Notes under the pieces: generated by a model
Seen by the model: only the letters and a program-made list of their open reading frames with translations
Told to the model about the DNA's origin: nothing
Database searches by the model: none
Origin: a virus
Length of the DNA: 64,000 nucleotides
Reading direction: 5' to 3' (one strand)
Virus record (IMG/VR): IMGVR_UViG_3300009103_000003
Coordinates: 1-64,000 of that record
Made by a program: the position numbers and the translations under genes
Shown here: in pieces, positions 47,001-55,606 of the stretch
How the letters are laid out: each line of letters begins with the position of its first letter
How positions within the stretch are numbered: the first letter of the stretch is position 1

Positions 47001-50000
47001 CATAATTGACGTCCAGGAGGCGTGGTATCTCAGGGGCGGGGCAAAGGTTTTTATCCCGGAGACCCGCATTAGCGTTCCCGCTGGTTCTGCGAGCGGCACC
47101 TATTTTCTATATCTCCGATTTGGCAACAGCGCTTCCGTAGCAGCGGAGGCCACTCGTTATGTCATCCTAGATGAAGGAACAGCAACAGCTTCAGACCAAA
47201 GCAACTATCACTGGGACTCGGCGGACACTATTCTGTTAGGCGCAATGGCTTATGACGGGGCCAATGACACCATTGTGCAACTGGTTGAATGCCAGCAAAG
47301 AGTGGCTCGACAAGATAAAAAGGGGCACATATACGTTGGTAATGCGGGCCACGAGCTTTGGTCTGGGGGTGCTCCCGCCCAACACGCCATGGGCATGTAC
47401 CCAGGAACGCAGACGCACTTCAAGTCTCTTGGTGAAGCATTGGCCGCACTGAAGGTGTGGGAGTGGCTTCGCAGCCAGCACACAGATAATGGAAATGAGC
47501 AGGGTCGAGCATTTTGGACTATTGAGGTGGTTTCTTGGACCATCGAGGTAGAGGATGATGCTCGCGGACTCTCGTATCCCTATGAGATACCTTGTGATGG
47601 ACTAACAATCCAAGGAGCCCCCTTAAGAGGCGCACCAGACTTCACCCCCAGACCAGTTATTTATTGGGGGTTTGATCCAGGAGCGCCAATAAAAGAACAG
47701 AACCTCATCACACTAAATCATAGAAGTGGGCTCACCTTTAGGAACCTTAGTTTCACGTGGCGAAAAGCTGTTGGCATGGATAATGTCGCAGTAAATGCTG
47801 TTGCACCAGCAGACCCGCTGTACGCGGATCATCCTGGGGTGAACCTATTTATTAACAGAGTGGTATCCACTAATGTTAATGAGTCTTATGGAAGGATATT
47901 CCCCATTCCGGTTCCTTACGGGCTAGATCCGGTCTCTGGAGGGCTTTACGGCAATGGGGGTGGCACAGACATCCTTATTGAGAACGTTCATCTTAGGGGC
48001 GGTACCGGGTTCTTCTTCCACACAGATATTCCCAATATGGATAACCTCACCATCAGGGACTGTACCGCAACAGAAATCACAAATACTTTTGTGACGCTTA
48101 GTCCCTCCACCCAAGACCCGATGCAGGGCGCTGGTGGCACAATCGATATTGGTTATCACAGAAATGTTATTATCGAGAACTGTAAAGCAAGCTGCTATGA
48201 GACATCCAACCCAACTACGGGCGTTGAGATTCTCTATTGTGATGCCATTCGTTTGGATTGCGTTGTCGATTTCCGAGTATCCAACTGCACAATAACTGGT
48301 TTTGGAAGGGGTGTTCACTGCGATACCAACTATGGTACTGCGGCTCCTTACGGAAACCAGATGGTTGACTCTTGCGGCATCATCGAGAACTGCAACTTAA
48401 ACCAGCAGTGGTATAGCGGTATTGCTTGGTTCACGTCTGGTGTAATAAGCGCTGTGCACAATGAAGGCGGCGTCGTAATTACCGGTAATGTGATTAAAGA
48501 TTGGGCCAGAGAAAGGTCTGGTGGAAACCCATCTGGGTGGGATCTATACGCTACAAGACCTGCCATAGTTACAATTGCCCACGATACACGCATCGAAGGA
48601 AACCATCTTTTCCGGATGCAGGCACCTGGAACAGACTGGGACGCGATTCCTACGTCAAATGTAGACCTTCACTACGGGATCGTGGCTGGCGGGTTCGGCC
48701 TGTACGGGCCGGGAACTCCGAGAGCACACAACGTTCAGGTTTTGAGCAATAAAGCCTCTTGGCTCCCAGGCCATAACTTCATATCTCTATCAAGCACCTT
48801 TGGCGGGGTTGTTTCCGGCAATATCGAGGACTGTGGCGAAAGAACCAACACGGGTAGTGTGTACGACTGGAATAACATCCACTTTCACGAGACTCTCTAC
48901 ACCCCCAATGTTGTTCCCGGAAATCACTCGTTTCACGGCATAGACCTCAGCAATATCACAATCAGTGATAATGTTTTTGCTAGTAGACCCGAGTACGGTG
49001 GTTGGCTCACGGGCTATTGGCCATGCGGGGAGATTCGGAATACGGGTAATATTTGGGGCGGGTATAACCTACATGGTACTAAAAACGATTATGGGTGGAG
49101 TGCTTACTGCGAAGCATTTAACCACCAAATTATAGGGAACCACTTCTCAGGCATTTCGTTGTATCTAATGGAAGCCGAAGGCATTTCGTACAGGACACAG
49201 GTTCATGACAACCAGTTCGGTGCCCTACGAAGCGCTATTTATATTTCAACAGGTACCCACGAACATCAAGGGGGGTCGATTTATTGTTCGGCTAACTACA
49301 CCGCTCCCATGGGAAGCTCTCGGGGTTGGCAGAACAACATCAGCATTTGCAACAACATGACCGGTGGTGGCGGAATCTTTGTCGCGGAAGACGCAATACT
49401 CCCAGGCTATCCATACAACATTGACCAGCCAGCGAGCAGCGCCGCTACTGAGTTATCTGAGAACCGAAAGGTTGCTCCACGACACCAGTATTTAACTATT
49501 CGTGGCAACGACCTCATGGATCTTCGCGACCAAACAATTGATGGTTACGAGCAGTGCTGGGAACAAACCATGAGCAAGTTCACCCATAACGGGGGATACA
49601 TCAGTGTTGGTGGTTTTTTTAGGGAAGTCAGTATCACTGACAACCTCTGTGGTGGGATTAATTTAGGGTCTACGGAATATGTCGTAGACGGTGAGTTTTA
49701 TGGGCCATTCCCAAACTGCGACTACCCTGATCTACAACACCCGATTGGGATGGTAGACATGACTGTTAACCAGCTTCCGGGCTGGGGGCAGATTAGCGGT
49801 AACCACCTGCATGGGAACAGCATCCAATCAAGAGGGCACTCAGTCCATATTACAAATAATATGGCTGTGCATGAGATCATGCACAACACACGCCCTGCGT
49901 ACCCGCTTGAAGGGACACTCAACTATACAGATACCACCATGAGCAACTCCCAAGCTGACCAGTGTCGCATTTCTGGGAATGACTTCATCCTTCCTCTAGC

Positions 50001-51666
50001 GTTTCATGAGGAGGAGCTATTTGGTTTCCCCACAGATTACTGGGGTACAGGTATTTGGGTGTCCTCCGGTGATAATGTAGAAATCTCCAATAATACTAAT
50101 GTGAAAATTATTAGTGGTTGGAACCTAAAAAAGGCAAAGATTCTCCATAACAATATGTCGTGCTCCCGGTCTGGTTCGTGGGGCGCTCAATGGTATGGGG
50201 ACTACGTTGATATGTCTGGCGACGGGGTTGTCGATACATTCACTCCGGGCCGATACGGTATCGTTCTTGGGTATCATGGCATGATCAGGCTTCGAGGCTA
50301 TTGCAGTGACCCTGAGTTAGGTGGGAACAATCTACTCTCTGGCTTAGGTGGCGGCGGGCTACAGCATGGCTTTGCCCATAATCTCGCAGGGGCTGCTTCA
50401 TTAAATAGGTTGCCTGGGGATAGTTTTAACAACCCAGACCCCTCCACTGATGGGGGGATACACGCCATCTCCCCACTCATCACCGGATTTACTCATGATG
50501 AGCGACCAATTGTGCCGCCACCAGACTTCCCACCACAGAACAACGCCAACCCGACCGTAGAGGAGCAGTGGTACCACATACATCAAGGGTGGGTGAACTA
50601 TTGGACTGGTACAATCAAAGTCGGCCTTGACCGTTGGGGTGTGGGGAGAATGGACCGGGCACGCATCCACGACAACGTATTTATGTCGTTAGAATTCGAT
50701 GGTTTCAACGACTGGCCTGATCGACACGAAGCGGCAATGGACTGGTCTGTCACGAGTAATGTTGCTTATCAGAACCAGTGGTGGAGTTCTATATGGAGCC
50801 AGCGGGCTATTAACGATCCTAATGAGTGGTACGTCGGGCGCGGGTGGTTCAATGTATATACCCAAGGCCTAGTACTGAGCGGGAACACCGCTTGGGCAGG
50901 TATGCTGGTTGGTCCGCCTCACCAATACTACGATGATGGCGGGTACTTTACACTGACCCCTGATCTCGATTCTGGCGCGTATGCCTCGATTACGGGTAAT
51001 CGATTTCCTGGTGGCGGTGACATGCACGGATACTACGGGTCCCAGTACTGGAATCCAGATTACTTGCGCACCAAACAACGGGTTAATATCACTAGTGGCG
51101 CTGTTACTATGGCGGCGAATAACTACGCTGACTGGAACGTTATTTACGGGAAAGACACGGAAGATAATACCGGTTGGGGTGATGGGCGTTCCTGCGATGG
51201 CTACTTACCAATTGCAATGATAGGTCAGGGCGGATCTCTAGTTGAAAACGAGCACCCTGGGCATGCTCGTCGTAAAATCCAAGTTGGTCGCGATCCATAT
51301 ATGTACCCTGGCTCCGGTGGGATAGGCACTACGCACCAGTTCCACTTCCGACACCACGCGGGCGTTACGTCCATTGGCGAGCTTGGTGATAAAATCATGC
51401 ATATGGATTACTCGATGCCCAAAAATGGCTTCTGGATTAACGACGCCCTCGGCGGAAACCCTTCTGCCGAACAAGGAGCGCGAGAGAACTGTCTCGCCAT
51501 TGGTATTGCAGGCGTTTACAACCCCCCAGGTGACCCAACAATCAATGGGAACGGCTCTGCTGGGTGGCGAGAAGGTTGGTACAACATCAATAGTCCACAG
51601 GCACTGCCGCTCATAGGGGCGACAAACTTCTGGATTGGTCATGAGAACCCCCAATTGAACGGGTAG
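44098..51666 (+). CDS. Giant tail spike / receptor-binding protein with right-handed beta-helix (pectin-lyase-like) region
   Basis: N-terminal YGEDATSAAFNRAFSALSTNID attachment-like motif. Many beta-helix turns (ILIENVHLRG, LTIRDCTAT, VIIENCKAS, FRVSNCTITG, VVITGNVIKD, TRIEGNHL, ITISDNVF). Confidence 0.8.
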   Translation: MSYKYFGKLVGTTQAADSQKDTSPANTTTPFNPQAPATKFMAYGEDATSAAFNRAFSALSTNIDHIKGALDAPALRQEVLSPLRTSSDNPTTGIGFQSLSAHDSVSNPDGISSNQEFVDLAATNGDPNGAPPVWVYVGLHKEDLRKYFRLYGAKEDETIYGSRTDISSKIILRPNSAKVSAGAVVDYFPATTYWGDDKQGLPYKIPPISDIQTGLAPYNGSSSSQPIFKWSTDGLLIRSSGASFSDLFLRPGCYVEVVNDGDPTSPNSSNNGLYQIAHVSHSDDVGVGAVGGDKAVLTRGNLTKVTVGDYTTYEPGDLVCWKSYPDHNNAASAPEDRTNYAHVVRIIPREDVTPYADVGDIPGDLYLAKIGASEDFLGGKADVQGFQSGGRRSYGDVGLPDAEEGAHENWVMPKKQPTVDGTYLFRYNGMAWEYEEVSEVVAPSAPVSFLLDKKPGQLIPCNPLGFLLNPTLVFEPGQRPVRGDYYAHCHTLTTVGEQLRSKGASAVRGSFEDPGVAERFNQGDMRAITDLARHMRMGYSQWKPPAQGNSQFADYFTPTRMTLGSDLWYLEMEAVGGGAPDYETTSRTQGFNEGDTCVPLIHPDGVKTATGTIVSLGGNFVLLRMVGDSTQGYTHNFSTVDTGQIILGEAETTSEGWFGGASSSHTIGATTYKVKQVWSGSKAVSQSGNTYTPTIGLNAAFHNDYDANPYARGQHAQGHWIHYLNGSDTFTLPQGGIGNHLRLGKPLTVLANDDLVGGATQSGFRVRGQSDAVSGRSVSLIEFVGRDMNAALGASVELHSHQTAYTGNNTNTHASPGYSRSLTFFDECTLTDPYNFQLGRGAYSGIPLTSPDAAADYREISKPGADGEGYLVHGGTSRAFSGRSMPEETVQVTEHRVSALGSTMGPSIAEAVEAAIPGSHNPDLTGTYQMDQFGVWSNGLLHGGALSWWENDQDVRGGVYGYGANDKDIIDVQEAWYLRGGAKVFIPETRISVPAGSASGTYFLYLRFGNSASVAAEATRYVILDEGTATASDQSNYHWDSADTILLGAMAYDGANDTIVQLVECQQRVARQDKKGHIYVGNAGHELWSGGAPAQHAMGMYPGTQTHFKSLGEALAALKVWEWLRSQHTDNGNEQGRAFWTIEVVSWTIEVEDDARGLSYPYEIPCDGLTIQGAPLRGAPDFTPRPVIYWGFDPGAPIKEQNLITLNHRSGLTFRNLSFTWRKAVGMDNVAVNAVAPADPLYADHPGVNLFINRVVSTNVNESYGRIFPIPVPYGLDPVSGGLYGNGGGTDILIENVHLRGGTGFFFHTDIPNMDNLTIRDCTATEITNTFVTLSPSTQDPMQGAGGTIDIGYHRNVIIENCKASCYETSNPTTGVEILYCDAIRLDCVVDFRVSNCTITGFGRGVHCDTNYGTAAPYGNQMVDSCGIIENCNLNQQWYSGIAWFTSGVISAVHNEGGVVITGNVIKDWARERSGGNPSGWDLYATRPAIVTIAHDTRIEGNHLFRMQAPGTDWDAIPTSNVDLHYGIVAGGFGLYGPGTPRAHNVQVLSNKASWLPGHNFISLSSTFGGVVSGNIEDCGERTNTGSVYDWNNIHFHETLYTPNVVPGNHSFHGIDLSNITISDNVFASRPEYGGWLTGYWPCGEIRNTGNIWGGYNLHGTKNDYGWSAYCEAFNHQIIGNHFSGISLYLMEAEGISYRTQVHDNQFGALRSAIYISTGTHEHQGGSIYCSANYTAPMGSSRGWQNNISICNNMTGGGGIFVAEDAILPGYPYNIDQPASSAATELSENRKVAPRHQYLTIRGNDLMDLRDQTIDGYEQCWEQTMSKFTHNGGYISVGGFFREVSITDNLCGGINLGSTEYVVDGEFYGPFPNCDYPDLQHPIGMVDMTVNQLPGWGQISGNHLHGNSIQSRGHSVHITNNMAVHEIMHNTRPAYPLEGTLNYTDTTMSNSQADQCRISGNDFILPLAFHEEELFGFPTDYWGTGIWVSSGDNVEISNNTNVKIISGWNLKKAKILHNNMSCSRSGSWGAQWYGDYVDMSGDGVVDTFTPGRYGIVLGYHGMIRLRGYCSDPELGGNNLLSGLGGGGLQHGFAHNLAGAASLNRLPGDSFNNPDPSTDGGIHAISPLITGFTHDERPIVPPPDFPPQNNANPTVEEQWYHIHQGWVNYWTGTIKVGLDRWGVGRMDRARIHDNVFMSLEFDGFNDWPDRHEAAMDWSVTSNVAYQNQWWSSIWSQRAINDPNEWYVGRGWFNVYTQGLVLSGNTAWAGMLVGPPHQYYDDGGYFTLTPDLDSGAYASITGNRFPGGGDMHGYYGSQYWNPDYLRTKQRVNITSGAVTMAANNYADWNVIYGKDTEDNTGWGDGRSCDGYLPIAMIGQGGSLVENEHPGHARRKIQVGRDPYMYPGSGGIGTTHQFHFRHHAGVTSIGELGDKIMHMDYSMPKNGFWINDALGGNPSAEQGARENCLAIGIAGVYNPPGDPTINGNGSAGWREGWYNINSPQALPLIGATNFWIGHENPQLNG

Positions 51667-51683
51667 TAACGATTCGTAGGTAA

Positions 51684-51715
51684 GAAAAAGCAAACCCGTT
51701 AAGGTCTGCTTTTTC
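51684..51715. terminator. Bidirectional intrinsic terminator at the convergence of the two blocks
   Basis: GAAAAAGCA-A-ACC-CGTTAA-GGT-C-TGCTTTTTC: inverted repeat with an A-tract on the left and a T-tract on the right, between convergent stops at 51666 and 51746. Confidence 0.8.
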
Positions 51716-51745
51716 AGTTGGGCCGTCGTTGGAGCCCAGGTTATT

Positions 51746-52036
51746 TTACGACTGTGCAGGAGCCACGGAGGCTTCAGCACTGAGGCTAACCGCAGGTGCG
51801 GTTTCCTCGGCTACCTCGGCCTGCGTTTCCGCAGCAACCATGGCAGCAGCCTTGCGAGCAGCAAGAGCCTGTTTGGCGTTTCCGCCGATTTTGGCAATGC
51901 CGTTGCCAGCGCCCTTGAGGGCAGCGTCCAGGATGGAAACACCAACCTGGATTGCATAAGCGGCGACGACGAGAGTACCCATTGCCTTCAGCTTGTCAGT
52001 AGCGGTGGGCTTAGGGGTTCGTTTGAAAATACTCAT
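51746..52036 (-). CDS. Small Ala-rich protein with one hydrophobic segment (96 aa)
   Basis: ATG at 52036 with SD AAGGAGG (the track's 52153 start runs through the UTR). MGTLVVAAYAIQVGVSILDAAL is hydrophobic. Confidence 0.8.
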   Translation of the reverse strand: MSIFKRTPKPTATDKLKAMGTLVVAAYAIQVGVSILDAALKGAGNGIAKIGGNAKQALAARKAAAMVAAETQAEVAEETAPAVSLSAEASVAPAQS

Positions 52037-52160
52037 AACAGTTTCCTCCTTAAGGAAAAGTCTCAGTAGTGGCGGGGAATCCGTCACATCAGTTAGTTCG
52101 GAGAGGGAGATAATCCCTTCCTTCACTATTCTTATCCCCAAAAGAAGGGTCATTTTTGCA

Positions 52161-52502
52161 CTATTTTGGTGCTTTTAAATAGAACCCAAATCCGTGGATA
52201 TTACCGATTGGGATTCCCTTACTTCTTAGCCTCGCTATTGCAGATCTCACAGCCGGAACTTTTACACCTAGCCTTTTTGCTAGCTCGGTCGCCCCTATCG
52301 GATGTGGGTGACCAGAGCTATTTACGTGGTGGTGTTCGAGAAGTTCGTGAAGTATTTTAAGTAATAAGCCCTTAATGTACATTCCGGAACCATAAAGATC
52401 TCCGTGTGTATCTGATAAGGGGACACCGACATCGATGCGCACCACCCCAAGATTCTCGGAGAGGTGCTTTATAGTAATTTGTGGATTAGCTTTCTCATAC
52501 AA
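52161..52502 (-). CDS. Winged-helix HTH DNA-binding protein
   Basis: IGATELAKRLGVKVPAVRSAIARLRSKGIPIGNIHGFGFYL is an HTH_11/BirA-like wHTH. TTG start with SD GAGG. Confidence 0.75.
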   Translation of the reverse strand: MYEKANPQITIKHLSENLGVVRIDVGVPLSDTHGDLYGSGMYIKGLLLKILHELLEHHHVNSSGHPHPIGATELAKRLGVKVPAVRSAIARLRSKGIPIGNIHGFGFYLKAPK

Positions 52503-52511
52503 GTAGCTACC

Positions 52512-52670
52512 TCATTTTGAAAGATTGTTAGCGTCTTCTGCTTCGCCTAAACAGAACCCACAGCAGGCCGCATGACAGTCTGCAAGTGGGTTATCATCTG
52601 GTGTATGGCGGTCTTCCCACTCATCTTCTGTGAATGGTTTGTCGCATACCCAACACAGGGTATCAGTCAT
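52512..52670 (-). CDS. Small Cys/His-rich, probably Zn-binding protein (52 aa)
   Basis: ATG at 52670 with SD GGAG; CWVC...CHAACCGFC. Confidence 0.7.
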   Translation of the reverse strand: MTDTLCWVCDKPFTEDEWEDRHTPDDNPLADCHAACCGFCLGEAEDANNLSK

Positions 52671-52684
52671 AATATCTCCGACAT

Positions 52685-52727
52685 AAAAAAAGAGCCCCCC
52701 ACACATCCGAAGATATGCAGGGGGCTC
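52685..52727 (-). terminator. Strong intrinsic terminator with cUUCGg tetraloop
   Basis: Minus strand GAGCCCCC-TG-CATATC-TTCG-GATGTG-TG-GGGGGCTC-TTTTTTT: 16-bp stem with G-U pairs, followed by U7. Confidence 0.9.
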
Positions 52728-52753
52728 ATGAAGCCCGAAGGAGGGACGGGCGC

Positions 52754-53656
52754 TTACTCTAGGTCTAGATAAGCGTTTGGTTCTGGCACACCGGCCAGAT
52801 CCGCCTTTTCCTCGCCTTCCTCAAAAACAACAGAGTTCATGAGGAATAGCAGAGCATTTCCTAGCAGATTATTAGCTGCCGTTTGTTCTTCGCGAACAGC
52901 GACAATTTGATCGCTGAGTTGCTCAAAACCGTCTTTGATTCCATTGGCCAAACCGTCAGTGAAGGCCGTCATGTTGGTCACCTTGGTATTGAGTTCTTCA
53001 ACATTGGTGACAAGCAATTGGACCGTCTTTGTTAGTTCAGCAATCATTGCGTCGTTACTAGTTGAGGTAGTTACAGCCGCCTTGTTGGAAGATGTAGACT
53101 TCGAACCCATTTGGGCTTTCTTGATCTTTTTCTTCTCTGGCTTTGCTGGCTCTGCCTTTGCAACAGGTGCAGTATCCTCAGTAACCGATACGGGGTTCTT
53201 GCGAGGACGCCCGCGCTTACGCTTCGGGGCCTCAACAGCCTCAGTCTTCTCTGCCGCCTTCTTAGGTGCGGCCTTTTTGACTGGTTCAGCAACAACCTCT
53301 TCGGGTGTGTCGATAACAACATTTGCGGGTGGCCAGTTAGGCGCACTCTTCACGTTGCCCTGCACAAACGCCTGTAGTTTTTCGATGTAGGACATGACTC
53401 CGTCTCTGAAGGCTTCATTTCCCACAGCGGCCAAGTCCACCTCAATAAACGGACGGGGGTCTCGATCCCGATCTCCGTTCTTCTCATCGTCAGGCACTAC
53501 GGTGGCCCTGTCGTAGACCCAAGACACGAGAGTCTTAAAGTCCATTGTGTAGGCTTTGGCTGGTGCCAATTTCATTCCCACAATGGCCAACTTCCGTACT
53601 TCGGCTCTGTCCAAATTTTCGAACAACTTTTTAGAATATTTCGCTTTAGCGGCCAT
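52754..53656 (-). CDS. Nucleoid-type DNA-binding protein with AT-hook, K/A/P-rich linker and C-terminal coiled coil
   Basis: PKRKRGRPRKNP AT-hook, KKAAPKKAAEK linker, and heptads in MIAELTKTVQLLVTNVEELNTKV. SD GGAGG. Confidence 0.7.
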   Translation of the reverse strand: MAAKAKYSKKLFENLDRAEVRKLAIVGMKLAPAKAYTMDFKTLVSWVYDRATVVPDDEKNGDRDRDPRPFIEVDLAAVGNEAFRDGVMSYIEKLQAFVQGNVKSAPNWPPANVVIDTPEEVVAEPVKKAAPKKAAEKTEAVEAPKRKRGRPRKNPVSVTEDTAPVAKAEPAKPEKKKIKKAQMGSKSTSSNKAAVTTSTSNDAMIAELTKTVQLLVTNVEELNTKVTNMTAFTDGLANGIKDGFEQLSDQIVAVREEQTAANNLLGNALLFLMNSVVFEEGEEKADLAGVPEPNAYLDLE

Positions 53657-53945
53657 TTCGGTCCTCCATAAGTTTCTGGTAGCAGAAAACTACTACTCCA
53701 TCTGTGTGGCCATAACAATTGCCATCACACGGCAAAGATAGCATATCTTTATGTTCCTTTATATATAGCATGATTTCATCACGCATGGGGTTAAAAGGGC
53801 TCTCAGGGACTTCATCGGTCTTATACGATAAAAGTGATTGAATTTGCTCGTTATTTGGCCCAATTGCAATACGTTTACCGTGGTCTTCCCAAGCCACCTG
53901 AAGAAGCTCTAATGGGGTTAGTTTATCTATTTGATTCATAAACAT
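53646..53945 (-). CDS. Hypothetical protein
   Basis: Overlaps both neighbours within a tightly packed operon. Confidence 0.7.
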   Translation of the reverse strand: MFMNQIDKLTPLELLQVAWEDHGKRIAIGPNNEQIQSLLSYKTDEVPESPFNPMRDEIMLYIKEHKDMLSLPCDGNCYGHTDGVVVFCYQKLMEDRNGR

Positions 53946-54351
53946 GAACCTTTACTCCTGTAAATCCTAAAGCGGAACCGTCGTGTTTTTCTAACGTGAG
54001 CTTTAGAAAGCAGGAGTCGTCTACGCCGAGGCAATTTGAGAGGAGGTCTTCTATTACTTTTACTAAGTTTGAGACGTCCTTTCTCTTGTACTTTGTTTTC
54101 GCTTTTTTAGGCCAGCCCTTATTCACTAAAGCAGGTAAATAAAAGTCTAGATGTAACTCATATGGTGAATTTTGGTCTAGTGGCTTTGCATTGAAGTCTA
54201 TTTGTTTAGCTAGTTGCGCTGACGCTTTCGCCTTAAATTTCTTCATTTGGCTAGAAGGTCGTGGCCCACGTGTTGTGTATACATACATCTTATTTACCGA
54301 GGGAGGCAACAAGGAAATAGAAGCAGTGAAGACGGGACTACTTTTTGTCAC
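53923..54351 (-). CDS. rusA: RusA-family Holliday junction resolvase
   Basis: LPPSVNKMY and RKDVSNLVKVIEDLLSNCLGVDDS match the RusA D.dN..K...D...GvDD motif. Confidence 0.85.
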   Translation of the reverse strand: MTKSSPVFTASISLLPPSVNKMYVYTTRGPRPSSQMKKFKAKASAQLAKQIDFNAKPLDQNSPYELHLDFYLPALVNKGWPKKAKTKYKRKDVSNLVKVIEDLLSNCLGVDDSCFLKLTLEKHDGSALGFTGVKVHVYESNR

Positions 54352-54898
54352 GGTTCACCCGTTTATAGGAGCTACCCAATTGGGTTGCCACTATCTCCTT
54401 CTTAGGAGGATAAAACTCATTCGATGCCTCATCCTGGGTCCTATACCACAACTCTCTACCGATACGATCCATCGCTCGCTTGAACTTATCTCTCCGCTCC
54501 TGCTGCATAGCCAGCTTTGCCTTGAAGTAGGTGTAGTCCCGGAGAGCACCAACAACAGTCGGGTCTATGGACACTGCCGCCTTTCTAAGCTCAGCGTTCT
54601 TGAGAGATGTATCTGCGTGGGTTCGTAACGTCGCCTGCGCTTGGACTTGTTCGTACCTAGCCTTACTCACCATTACGAACCCAATATCGATTGCTATCTG
54701 GTCTGTAATGTAATCGTAAAAAGCTAGGAACTGATCGTACTGACTTTTTAACGCTGGAGCACCAAGCTCACTAATTGATCCTCGTATTTTTGGCTCTTTC
54801 CCTGGCGGATTAGTGTCAGGGTTGAACCCGGTTTTTCTGAGGTCTTCCTCTAGTGTAGTCCTTAGCTCCAGAAAAAGGTCTTTCTTCTTCTGGGTCAT
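54338..54898 (-). CDS. UvsY-like helical recombination mediator
   Basis: Long helical segment (...KNAELRKAAVSIDPTVVGALRDYTYFKAKLAMQQERRDKFKRAMDRIGREL) with UvsY-like pattern, in the same operon as the RecA-like gene. Confidence 0.55.
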   Translation of the reverse strand: MTQKKKDLFLELRTTLEEDLRKTGFNPDTNPPGKEPKIRGSISELGAPALKSQYDQFLAFYDYITDQIAIDIGFVMVSKARYEQVQAQATLRTHADTSLKNAELRKAAVSIDPTVVGALRDYTYFKAKLAMQQERRDKFKRAMDRIGRELWYRTQDEASNEFYPPKKEIVATQLGSSYKRVNRDKK

Positions 54899-54907
54899 AA
54901 GTTCCCC

Positions 54908-55606
54908 TTAATCAAGGTTAGGTTCGCATACGTGATAAAATTTACAGGACCGACAGGTCCACTTACTTATTTCTTGTGGTGGCGGGTCTTCTTTTTCTAC
55001 GCACGATTCGACGTAGCCCAGCACTGCTGCCACTTCCTCCCAGATCTCATTCGAGAATGCGATCTTGAATAGCCTCTGGGCTCCTGTAGCACGGTTCACA
55101 TACAGCAATTGCGTGCGCGGGATATCCAAACAAAACATATAGCAATGGATTTGCCAGATATGCTCAATCTTCGGCTGAACTAGGGTACGGTAGACTGACT
55201 CACCCACGGTCTTTATCTCTAAGACCCAATCTTCTTTTCTGAACACCCCGTCACAGTGACCATAAAGGTGTAGATCCGGAAACTCACAAGTGACTTCTTC
55301 TTCGAAGCCATCATAGTTGTTTAGGTACCCCTGAATCATTCCGTGAAGCGCGTGCCCCATATCGAAAATCATTCTGAGGTCCGCGCCCACCCTAGGCACT
55401 GGCTCCGCGCTAATGCGGTCATAGTACATCGCACGCTTGCAGCCCTTTACCGATGATGGGTGGTAATGCCCAACCCGCCTGCTCCAGGGCTTCTCATTTT
55501 CTTGCTCCAAAAGGTATTCAAACTCTTTTGCAACATTGAAGTTAATGTTGGTTTTTATATCTTCCCCACGGAGACATCGTATCGGCATATCTTCTTTGTC
55601 TTTCAT
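54908..55606 (-). CDS. Cas4/AddB-like PD-(D/E)XK exonuclease with Fe-S cysteines
   Basis: HPSSVKGCKR, GHALH, GHCDG...VLEIKT, QIHCYM and C-terminal CRSCKFYHVC. Confidence 0.85.
   Translation of the reverse strand: MKDKEDMPIRCLRGEDIKTNINFNVAKEFEYLLEQENEKPWSRRVGHYHPSSVKGCKRAMYYDRISAEPVPRVGADLRMIFDMGHALHGMIQGYLNNYDGFEEEVTCEFPDLHLYGHCDGVFRKEDWVLEIKTVGESVYRTLVQPKIEHIWQIHCYMFCLDIPRTQLLYVNRATGAQRLFKIAFSNEIWEEVAAVLGYVESCVEKEDPPPQEISKWTCRSCKFYHVCEPNLD

Noticed and set aside
44098-51666. Diversity-generating retroelement target in the tail spike or fibre
   Set aside because: I saw no reverse transcriptase and no template/variable repeat pair in the window. A partner elsewhere in the genome cannot be excluded.
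52731-52753. Second hairpin (GCCCG/CGGGC) after the AT-hook gene as a separate terminator
   Set aside because: Only a 5-bp stem and no U-tract; at most an accessory 3'-stabilising element.
54908-55606. Cas4-like nuclease as evidence of a CRISPR-Cas system
   Set aside because: No cas1/cas2 or effector genes and no repeat-spacer array in the window. Solo Cas4-like exonucleases are common in phage replication modules.
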